Positions 33,451 through 45,640 of a stretch of 64,000 bases of DNA are shown piece by piece; position 1 is the stretch's first letter; each line of letters starts with the position of its first letter. A model generated the notes under the pieces. That model did no database searches. It had not been told where the DNA came from and worked only from the letters and a program-made list of their open reading frames with translations. Source of the DNA: Macrostomum lignano (lineage: Eukaryota); assembly GCA_002269645.1 (NCBI GenBank), contig NIVC01001068.1, positions 62,001 to 126,000 on the forward strand, written 5' to 3'. The position numbers and the translations under genes were made by a program.

Positions 33451-34214
33451 AGCCTACGAATCGAACTCTAAGTAAGTCTGACTGTATCATAACAAATAAT
33501 AAAATGACCAACAATCAAAAGCATTAACTAAGGACAGAGTAATCCTGAGTTTTATTGGATGCCAAATAAATAACAGAACACACAACACGCCATGGTCCAT
33601 GCATAAGCAAGTAAGCGGTCTAAGAATCTAGGAGAGAATGGTGTTGCAGGGTAGCATAAATAGGCCACTTAAATACTGCGGCTGCAATTAATTATTAGTG
33701 CAACTTGTACTTATCGAATAGCTACAGAGATGTGCAGGAGCGATGCTAAGTGACTAGATAGAAGATAGACAGATTATTATAAGCAGAAGATATAAATAAA
33801 TTAACATTCCGAGACATTACAATATATAGCTAATGATTTAGGAATAAGCGGTGCATTAGTAAGCTTACTAACCAACATTAACAGATTAATGAATGTAAAG
33901 CGTTGTTTAAAATTCATTTTAGTTCACAATCTATTTACAAAAATTAACATTGACTTTTTGGGATCTGGGATTTGGGATTAATGTTTATTGATTTAACAAT
34001 AGCGTGTTGATATGCGCTTGAGTAATAAGTACTTAAGTTTTAAAACTTGTTTTAACTGTCTTTGTAATTTGAACCAAATTGTAACTTACAGAAACCATCT
34101 GTAATGTAAGAGGCCCTTTAGATGTACTTAAAATTCTCTAAATAAGACATGCAATTATTTTTTTGGATAATTCGTTTCTGTAATATGCAGGATTTGTTTG
34201 TAATACTAGAACCC

Positions 34215-34895
34215 GTCTGTAATGTACAAGACCTGTCTGTAATGTACAAGACCTGTCTGTAATGTACAAGACTTGTCTGTAATGTACAAGACTTGTCTGT
34301 AATGTACAAGACTTGTCTGTAATGTACAAGACTTGTCTGTAATGTACAAGACCTGTCTGTAATGTACAAGACTTGTCTGTAATGTACAAGACTTGTCTGT
34401 AGTGTACAAGACCTGTCTGTAATGTACAAGACCTGTCTGTAATGTACAAGACCTGGCTGTGTAATGTACAAGACCTGTCTGTAATGTACGAGACTTGTCT
34501 GTAATGTACAAGACCTGTCTGTAATGTACAAGACTTGTCTGTAATGTACAAGACTTGTCTGTAATGTACAAGACTTGTCTGTAATGTACAAGACCTGTCT
34601 GTAATGTACAAGACTTGTCTGTAATGTACAAGACTTGTCTGTAATGTACAAGACTTGTCTGTAATGTACAAGACTTATCTGTAATGTACAAAACTTGTCT
34701 GTAGTGTACAAGACCTGTCTGTAATGTACAAGACCTGTCTGTAATGTACAAGACCTGTCTGTAATGTACAAGACCTGGCTGTGTAATGTACAAGACCTGT
34801 CTGTAATGTACGAGACTTGTCTGTAATGTACAAGACCTGTCTGTAATGTACAAGACCTGGCTGTAATGTACAAGACCTGGCTGTAATGTACAACA
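34215..34895. repeat. 20-bp minisatellite
   Basis: Unit GTAATGTACAAGACTTGTCT. Confidence 0.97.
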
Positions 34896-35187
34896 GGCTT
34901 CATACATTACCCTGTAGCTGAACTCTGAGAAGACAGTGTAGCATTATTATATATGGTGATGGTTAACAGTCAAAAACACGCCTATACTGAATATGTTGTC
35001 AATTAACAATTGACATAATAATGAAATAAGCACAGATTAAAAATGGAAAGTCTACAAGAAAAACAAAAGAACAACAAATTATAATATCTCAGCTTCAAAA
35101 AGTTTAGAAGATTATTAAGCAATTAGCAATTGCCATTTTATTATTAATCTCAATTGCGTCTCAATTGCAAACGTATCAGGGATTCAA

Positions 35188-37236
35188 TTAGCCCGAATAT
35201 TTCATGCGTTTCATTGGCACCTGGTGCTGAACCTGCTGCTGCTGCTGACGGCCACCCTGATAGTCGGGCTCCGCATCCTGATCAGTCTCCGGGCTGGTTG
35301 GAGGACTTGGCGGCAAGTCGTCCTGGTTCACCAGCTGATTGGCCGAGGCAACCGCCTGCTCCAAGTCTGCGAACGTTTATTTGAAAACAATAAAAACTAT
35401 AGAAAACAATAGTTGCAAAGGGCGCTAAAGAATCGTTGCTAGGGTCACAAAAAATGGTTGTCAAGGACGCTAGAAATGGTTACAAGGGTCACAAAATGGT
35501 TGTCAAGGACACTAGAAATAGTTACTAGGGTCACAAAATGGTTGTCAAGGACGCTAGAAATGGTTACTAATGTCAGAGAATGGTTGTCAAGGACGCTATA
35601 AATGGTTACTAGGGTCACAATGTTGTTGTCAAGGACACTATAAATGGTTACTAGGGTCACAATGTGGTTGTCAAGGACGCTAGAAATAGTTACTAGGGTT
35701 ACAAAAATGGTTTTTAGGGACGCTAGAAATGGTTATTGGGGTCGCAAAAATGGTTTTCGATGTCAGGGGTACTAAATCGTTGCCAATGTCACTAAAAATT
35801 ATTGTTAGGGTTACTAAGACTGGTTGCCAAAAACGTTAAAATGGTTGTCAAAAACGTCAACTTGGTTTCCATGCACAATCAAATGAATGCCTAGGAGTAC
35901 GAGTATATAGCTATTAATGGTGCATAAAATAGATACTAATAAATAGAGTATTTAATCAATCAATTTTGCGTACCTTCTAGTTCATTACTAAGCACCTCGT
36001 TCTCGCGATCAATTCTAGCCAGATCGTCGCTCTGGTTGCGGGTGATGCTTTGCAGCTCCTTGATGTAGTCAACCTGCGAATCAAGCAACATATACGCGTT
36101 TTAGTTTTCAACTAAAACAGGTACAAAAAATAGAAATGTATAGTTTTTGTCTGAACCCAAAACATACAAAATCTTATAAATCTAAAAGTGGTTGCCAGGG
36201 TCCCAAAGAAGTTGTTAGGGACGCTGAAAGGAAGCGAAGCTTTCTAAGGACACCAAGTAGCCCTTTTTAGTTGCTAGGGTAGCTAAGTGTTTGCTAGGGA
36301 CGCCAAATGGTTGTTAGTGTAGCTAAGTGGTTGCTGGGGTAGCTAAGTGATTGCTGGGGACGCCAAATGGTTGCTAGGGTAGCTAAGTGGTTGCTAGGGT
36401 AGCTAAGTGGTTGCTGGGGTAGCTAAGTGGTTGCTGGGGTAGCTAAGTGGTTGCTAGGAACGCCAAATGGCTGTTGTTACGGTAGCTACCTGGTCGCCAT
36501 GGACGCCAAATGGTTGTTAGAAAAGCTAAGTGGTTGCTAGGGTAGCTATAAAGTGATTGTTAGAGTGGCTAATTGGTTGCTAGGATAGCTATAAAGTGGT
36601 TGATAGGGTAGCTAACTGGTTGCTAGGAGCCTAATGGTTGCTAGGGACGCCAATGGTTGCTAGGGACGCCAAACGGTTGCTAGGGTAGTACGTGGTTGCT
36701 AGGGACGCCAAATGGTTACTAAAGCTTCCCCACTAATTGCTGAGAAAGATACAATTTGTTGCTAATGACGCCAAATGGTTGCTAGGCAAACTAACCACTA
36801 ACTAACATGCAGCCTCGGTGACACTGTTCCGCAGTCCCCAGTCACCCACCGCTCTCTGCAGTATCTGAGCCCTAGAAGCCTTGTCCCGACTGAGGCCTGG
36901 TCCGGTTTGAACTCCGCCGCAACCGTTGCTGCTGGCCGCTCCGCTGCCGCCGCCGCTGCCGCCGCCTCCGCCTCCGCTGCCGCCGCCAGCTCCATTGCTG
37001 CCAGACGGCGAGGCTGGCAGCGCGTGCAGCAGCCGCTGATAAGAGGCCCGAAGGCTCTGCCTTCGCCGCTTCTCCAACCGATTATGATGGGTCCGCTTGG
37101 CGTCCTCGATTCGATCTCCGGTCAGCTGGGCGCCGGCGGGCACAACGGCCAGCTCGAGATTGTCCTCCAGCTCTTCGTCGTCCTCGCCATCCTCCTCGAA
37201 GTCGTCTATGTCCAGATCGTTCTCGTAATCTTGCAT
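35188..37236 (-). CDS. MAX: Max-like bHLH-leucine zipper transcription factor
   Basis: Exons 37236-36850, 36073-35974, 35366-35188. Acidic N-terminus MQDYENDLDIDD; basic region KRTHHNRLEKRRR (H-E-R class B); KASRAQILQRAVDYIKEL; zipper; basic C-terminus PMKRMKYSG*. Confidence 0.88.
35430..36795. repeat. Related degenerate arrays in both Max introns (35430-35870, 36185-36795)
   Basis: AAATGGTTGCTAGGG(ACGCC/TAGCT) core. Confidence 0.85.
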
Positions 37237-38444
37237 GTTGATTTGGTGCTGCTACTGCATGAAGGTTTTATTGACAAAATATTGTTGAAAATGTTGTTTC
37301 TTAAGTAGTTGGCAGATTCTAAAGTAGTTGGCAGATTCTTAAGTAGTTGTCAGATTCTAAAGTAGTTAGCAGATTCTAAAATAGTTGGCAGTTTCTAAGG
37401 TAGGTGGCAGATTCTATGGTAGGTGGCAGTTTCTTACTAGCTGCATGGTAGATTTTAAGGTAGGTAGAAGTTTCTTATGTAGCAGATTCTAGTGATAGCA
37501 GATAATTAAAAAATCACTATATGCTACTTAGATAATAAGTAGTATAAACCCTAAGATAAACTGTCTACATGAAACTATGATTTTGTAGAGAAAAAAAAGA
37601 CACCGACAAAAACTTGTTAAAACAAAGGTAGAAGTCCAATATTAGTAAATTTGGAGAAAAATTTGACACAGAACTTAAAACCTAATGATTTTATGAACAG
37701 CTATAATATGAATATATTTTAATAAAAGAACGCTTTAAATCTAACAGTTGTGCTGATTTTGCACTAAAATACTGGCAATACACAATATTGCGTTTTATAA
37801 ACACTTAAAGAGCTACATAGTAGCATAAACCAGATTTGAATTCAGAAAAAAAACATTTAAGAAAAGAACTGATCGGGGTGGGGTAAAAGAGATACGACAA
37901 AATGAAAAATGAAAAATTAATTCAAATATATTTACACATAAATATATACACTTAATTATACTCGTATATATTACTAAAAGTAGAGGAACTATCAACTGCA
38001 TTGAAAATTTGAAATTTAAATAATCATAATAACACGGATAAACAAACAAAAACAGTTGACAAATAAACGCGATAAATTGAAAAATACTAAGGAAAAATAA
38101 AAAATTAAAAGCAAAAAAGCAAAATATTAGAATAGCATAAATAGGTGCACAGATAAGGCCGATACATTAAAGAGCTAGCAAGCTGTCAAAGGACAAAGAT
38201 ACGGAAAAAATAGGGACACTATTTGCAGAATTTAAATTAAAATAAGTTAAGCAAAAAAGCACCCAAAAATAAAAAAATGAATGATAATAATGATAATGAA
38301 TGAATGAGGTCTGTGATAATTCTCTAGCCAGTGATCAGTGATGCAATTAATAAGAGAAAAGAATACTTAAAACACTAGTGATTGCAAATTGATTATTCGA
38401 TCTGTTTGCATGAAAATTCTTTCATGCTTGTGTAATAATTATAA

Positions 38445-39900
38445 CAGGGACCTGTGAGGGCTGACTGGGTTAGAGAGTGTACATTGAGGGGTCTGTGAGG
38501 GTTGACTGGGTTAGAGAGTGTACATTGAGGGGCCTGTGAGGGCTGACTGGGTTAGAGAGTGTACATTGAGGGGTCTGAGAGGGTTGACTAAATTAGAGAG
38601 TGTACATAGAGGGGTCTGTGAGGGTTGACTGGGTTAGAGAGTGTACATTGAGGGGCCTGTGAGGGCTGACTGGGTTAGAGAGTGTACATTGAGGGATCTG
38701 CTGAGAGGATAGACTGGGTTAGAGAGTGTACATTGAGGGGTCTGTGAGGGTTGACTGGGTTAGAGAGAGTACATTGAGGGGTCTGTGAGGGCTGACTGGG
38801 TTAGAGAGTGTACATTGAGGGATCTGCTGAGAGGATAGACTGGGTTAGAGAGAGTACATTGAGGGGTCTGTGAGGGCTGACTGGGTTAGAGAGTGTACAT
38901 TGAGGGGTCTGAGGGTTGACTGGGTTAGAGAGTGTACATTGAGGGGTCTGAGGGTTGACTGGGTTAGAGAGTGTACATTGAGGGGTCTGTGAGGGCTGAC
39001 TGGGTTAGAGAGTGTACATTGAGGGGTCTGAGAGGGCTGACTGGGTTAGAGAGTGTACATTGAGGGGTCTGTGAGGGCTGACTGGGTTAGAGAGTGTACA
39101 TTGAGGGATCTGCTGAGAGGGTTGACTGGGTTAGAGAGTGTACATTGAGGGGTCTGAGAGGGTTGACTGGATTAGAGAGTGTACATTGAGGGGTCTGAGA
39201 GGGTTGACTGGATTAGAGAGTGTACATTGAGGGGTCTGAGAGGGTTGACTGGATTAGAGAGTGTACATTGAGGGGTCTGTGAGGGCTGACTGGGTTAGAG
39301 AGTGTACATTGAGGGGTCTGTGAGGGCTGACTGGGTTAGAGAGTGTACATTGAGGGGTCTGTGAGGGCTGACTGGGTTAGAGAGTGTACATTGAGGGGTC
39401 TGTGAGGGCTGACTGGGTTAGAGAGAGTACATTGAGGGGTCTGAGAGGGTCGACTGGGTTAGAGAGTGTACATTGAGGGATCTGCTGAGAGGATTGACTG
39501 GGTTAGAGAGAGTACATTGAGGGGTCTGAGAGGGTTGACTGGGTTAGAGAGTGTACATTGAGGGGTCTGAGAGGGTTGACTAAATTAGAGAGTGTACATT
39601 GAGGGGTCTGAGGGTTGACTGGGTTAGAGAGTGTACATTGAGGGGTCTGTGAGGGCTGACTGGGTTAGAGAGTGTACATTGAGGGGTCTGAGAGGGTTGA
39701 CTAAATTAGAGAGTGTACATTGAGGGGTCTGAGGGTTGACTGGGTTAGAGAGTGTACATTGAGGGGTCTGTGAGGGCTGACTGGGTTAGAGAGTGTACAT
39801 TGAGGGATCTGCTGAGAGGATTGACTGGGTTAGAGAGTGTACATTGAGGGGTCTGAGAGGGTTGACTGGGTTAGAGAGAGTACATTGGGGGTTTGAGAGA
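38445..39900. repeat. About 38-42-bp minisatellite
   Basis: Unit GAGGGGTCTGTGAGGGCTGACTGGGTTAGAGAGTGTACATT. Confidence 0.97.
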
Positions 39901-40278
39901 TCTCACCTCAGTTAATTTATTTTTTCAAGAGAAAACGGTTTGAGAAAGTCCATCCGAGAGAACAATTTCAAAGGGCACCATCGCTATTGAAGGGGCGCCA
40001 TAGATATTCAAGGGGCGCCATCGCTCTCCAGGGGGCGCCATAGATATTTTAGGGGCGCAATTCAAGTAGCGCCATTCCAGAGGCGTACATAATATACAAG
40101 ATGTCTGGATTTTTTAAAGTTAACATCAACAGATTAACACTTATTTACGATTTATCGTCAATAATTTTTTGCATTTTAACTTTAACGCTTTTACTCGCAG
40201 GGATTGAATAGAGATTGCAATATAAAAATGACCTCAGCCGCATTTTACAAGGCTCAATGCAAATTATCTGTTTTATAA

Positions 40279-41148
40279 TCAACTAGATCCAGCACTACTA
40301 ATACAATCTTGTCGAACTTTCTCTTCGAATAGTCGCAAAGCTCGTTCTCTGCCAGCCAAGCAATTGCAGTGAATAATATACTCTCTAAGTTGAGAGATTT
40401 CCAACTGAGCTAGAGCGTCCGATTCGGCTGTGTGTAGGGGCTCCTCGGACCAATGACTGCCAGTCCAGTGCAGACTGCCCGAGTGTCGATGCCTTGGACT
40501 AGCTAGTTCCAATGGTGTCAAACGACGCAGTCGAACTAATGGTAGATTATTAGCATTGTCACTAGTGGATTCCGTGGTTGCCGTGACAACGGCTAAGCAC
40601 CCGGTTAGAGGATTATCAACAGGCTCAATATCCGCCACATCGGCTATGCAGAAAGATTTACCCATTGGCGGCAAATTAACAAACTCTTCGATATCCTCTG
40701 CATCGGATTCTGCGCTAGGATTTGGCACCACAAATTTGCGACAATCAACAAGACTAGTAACCAATTCCAATGGTTGACCAGTGACATGACAGGTATAATC
40801 CAGTAGTTGAACTCGAAGACTACTCTGTTTATCAATATTATTACCCTCGATAAGATTTTCAATTGCAACTAAGCGAGCTCTGGCATATCGGCCAGCCGAT
40901 GGAGAAGTTTGCGGCGCTCTAACTACTAGTAAATCTCCGGTTGCTAGGCTGTCACTAGGCGACACGGGAGCTAGACTGGCTAAAGCGCCACCCAATAGGC
41001 GAGCTTCTGCGGCAGCAAAATTAGCAATGGCACGACTAGACTCAGTTGAGGCGAAGCCGCATACAGTTACGGAGGCTGGCAGAGTGGGCATAGCCAGCTC
41101 CGGCGGTGGCAGGCTATGCACTGAGGTCACGTGGATGTACCAGCGCAT
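40279..41148 (-). CDS. Intronless extended-Tudor domain protein, 289 aa
   Basis: Single non-repetitive ORF. Tudor core GDLLVVRA..GRYARARLV..LRVQLLDY, flanked by SN-like eTudor elements (N-terminal HVTSV.., C-terminal FVNLPPMGKSFCIADV). Confidence 0.75.
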   Translation of the reverse strand: MRWYIHVTSVHSLPPPELAMPTLPASVTVCGFASTESSRAIANFAAAEARLLGGALASLAPVSPSDSLATGDLLVVRAPQTSPSAGRYARARLVAIENLIEGNNIDKQSSLRVQLLDYTCHVTGQPLELVTSLVDCRKFVVPNPSAESDAEDIEEFVNLPPMGKSFCIADVADIEPVDNPLTGCLAVVTATTESTSDNANNLPLVRLRRLTPLELASPRHRHSGSLHWTGSHWSEEPLHTAESDALAQLEISQLREYIIHCNCLAGRERALRLFEEKVRQDCISSAGSS

Positions 41149-41374
41149 GGCTTATTGTATTAGTGGCTTTGCTTAACTCCTTATAGTATGTTCTTTGGGG
41201 TTACCTTAAAAATAATAACAATAGTAGGATGTTTAGGTGATTTAAAAGAAACTTGTCTCAGTCTTGCTTTGGTCTACTTATACCATTAACACCCTTAAGG
41301 GCCAACCCCCCAAGGCACAGTTGAAGTGTACATGTTTATTGATAAATAAAGTTATGGCTGCTGTACACTCATAC

Positions 41375-41740
41375 ATGCGCAACCTTGGGGATCACCCATT
41401 ACTATTGGCAACACACACACATCATACATGCGCAACCTTGGGAATCACCCAGCCATTTCTATTGGCAACACACACATCATACATGCGCAACCTTGGGAAT
41501 CACCCAGCCATTTCTATTGGCAACACACACACATCATACATGCGCAACCTTGGGAATCACCCAGCCATTTCTATTGGCAACACACACATCATACATGCGC
41601 AACCTTGGGAATCACCCAGCCATTTCTATTGGCAACACACACATGTAAGTCGCTATTGGCTGAGAGTAGTCACGTGACTACTATTCTGTACAATACCAAC
41701 TTACATGTGTGTGTTGCCAATAGAAATGACTGGGTGAATT
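41375..41740. repeat. 57/59-bp tandem repeat followed by an inverted partial unit
   Basis: Unit CATACATGCGCAACCTTGGGAATCACCCAGCCATTTCTATTGGCAACACACAC; reverse complement at about 41702-41738. Confidence 0.9.
41665..41682. promoter_or_regulatory. 18-bp perfect palindrome centred on an E-box (GTCACGTGAC)
   Basis: AGTAGTCACGTGACTACT, about 520 bp upstream of the Tudor ATG; function not shown. Confidence 0.4.
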
Positions 41741-42809
41741 TCTAGGTTGTGCCCAAGCATGTGCACACTCTTGCATAAGTGTGTGCCTGTATGTATGACT
41801 GCATACCTATGCCTGCTCAGAAAGTTGGCAGAATGGGTAGTAATGCCTCTTGTTCATACAGACCCCCTACTTCTAAAAAATCATACCAAATAAATAACTT
41901 TATTATTAGGCTAATTGGTTAAACTTGGCCTATTAAAATTGTCATTTTATTTTTTAACTTGATTGTTGGGATCAGATGGCAATATGGTTTCTTAAATAAA
42001 ATTTCTCTAAAAAAACTATCTATGATATTCTATTTGTTGCAAGCTGGAGTCAATCAAAGCAGGATAGGATCCTAGGCAGGATAATCTTGAATTTGGGAAT
42101 TATAACAAAATTAATCTTAAAAACTCTTAGACATTTATACCGAGAGTGCAAACAAGCACAAGTTAAAATAATCAATATAGTTAGGGGCCTAGTATATCAA
42201 ATTTAACATAGAAATAGCAATTCCTAAGTAATAATTTATATAGCTCTAATAAAGAGGCTTTTCATATTACCAATTCCAGAATCAAAATCAGTTTGGATTT
42301 TCGAAGAAAAACAGCAATAGAAGTATTTAATTCTGTTAAATGTTTGATTGCCTTAACAGCCTCACTTTGCACAATTTTTCACTTTCTTCTTGGCGATTGT
42401 CATTCAATAATAAAAACTTTATAGCACATATCTCCCTCTAGTTATGGAGACAAAAAGTTATACTTCACAAATTGGTTCTGGTTCTGGAACCAGAACAAGC
42501 AATATGAAAAGGCCCAAAGTGTGTAATATTTGCTCAAAAATAAATGCTAAAATTTCATTTTAAAATTGGATTGCTCTTAAGTAGAATTAGAAATTATATT
42601 TTTTAGGCTTTTTACTAAGTGGATAATTCCATTAGAAATGGACACTTTTAAAGAAATGGAAATCTCTAGATTATAGTCTATTTATGATTCTTGCTGATTT
42701 TTAATTGCCAAAATAAAGGTTGTATTACATTTTTGTTTAAATTAATTAAAATTTGCTCAAAATCAATACAAAACAATTACTTTTTTTATTGGTAATAATC
42801 TCTAACTAT

Positions 42810-43450
42810 AAAAATCAAAACTCTGTGTGTGTGTGTGTGTGTCTGTGTGTTGTGTGGACAATTTTGATCGCTATGGACTCCCAAACCACTCAACCAAATT
42901 ACACCTAACTTTACACCCACCCTAAACTTACTACGGAGAATGTCTTAGGCTACCTTAAAATTTCCTAAATTTGAGTCTTCCCACCTAAAAGTGCAAAAAA
43001 ACTGCTCAAAATGCGCGATTTTTTCACTAAATTTTCTATAGCGCCGCTCCACTTCTACCGATTCTCTTCAAATTTGACACAGGCAATTTTCAACTATTTT
43101 GACACAATCGTGTAAAATTTCAAATCTCAAAGTTAATCCTGAAAGCTGCTGTGCACTTTTAAAGTTAGGCTGTTTTTTTCAGCGAGGCAGCCACCCCAAC
43201 CTCCGCCTGCCTGCCTCTCTTTCCCGATCTGGGCAAAGGGTGTGAATCAGGTTTTAAAATGCCTAACTTTCGGTTGCCATAAGTTTGCTCCACGTGAAGC
43301 GATTGACTTCTAACTTAACACAATTCTTCTTTGATTCATTCTCTGTCTAAATGTAAAGTTTCAACTCTCTAACTCAATCAGAACAGAAACTGTAAGCATG
43401 TGAAGTTTGTCTGCTTTTTCTGTTGTTTGTGCCACTCACTCACTCATTCC
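42810..43450 (+). mobile_element. Putative non-autonomous Helitron/Helentron (DINE-like) element
   Basis: Starts with a (TG)n microsatellite and has CCGATTCTCTTCAAATTTGACAC-type internal motifs typical of invertebrate DINE/HINE-like repeats; no ORF. Pattern-based call only. Confidence 0.35.
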
Positions 43451-44064
43451 CCCAGAGCCAGACGAAGGATCAGACGGTAGGACTGAATGTACATAGCAAA
43501 TGTACAGTGTTTTGGAATAACTTTATTTATAGCCTTCTCTGCACCCCCGCGCGTGGAGAGGCTACGTTTAGCCATGACAGTTTAGTGAGAAATTCTAACC
43601 ACTGCCCTCCCCTCTGTATAGGCAAACTCTGCAGCAGTTTAACAGTGGATGGCAATTGGAAAATCGAGGCAATCCAGCATGGTTTGTAAAAGCGAAATAT
43701 TTATGAAAAGGCGATGCGATGCAATGAAATACAACCCTACTAAATTAGGCACACCATGGAAATTTTAGGTTTCTTTTAAAGGTACTGTGTAAATTTTAAA
43801 TGGCCTCCTAAGAAATGCGTATTTCCTTGGTTGTTAGACTGATGCAGACTGCAGTGGAGCTGAAGATACACAAATTCCTTTCAGGGCTGCAAATTGGCAA
43901 GAAAGATGATGTGATCAAAGCATGAGAATAACGATGAGAGTAGTACGTCCCACAAACTGGCTTTCGAAGCAGTGATCGGCAGACTTTTACTTCAAAAGCC
44001 AGATAAAGAATCCAGCTTATGTGCGGGCCAGATGAGAGTGGAAAGGGGAAGGAATAGACCATTA

Positions 44065-45640
<1,576 letters not shown>

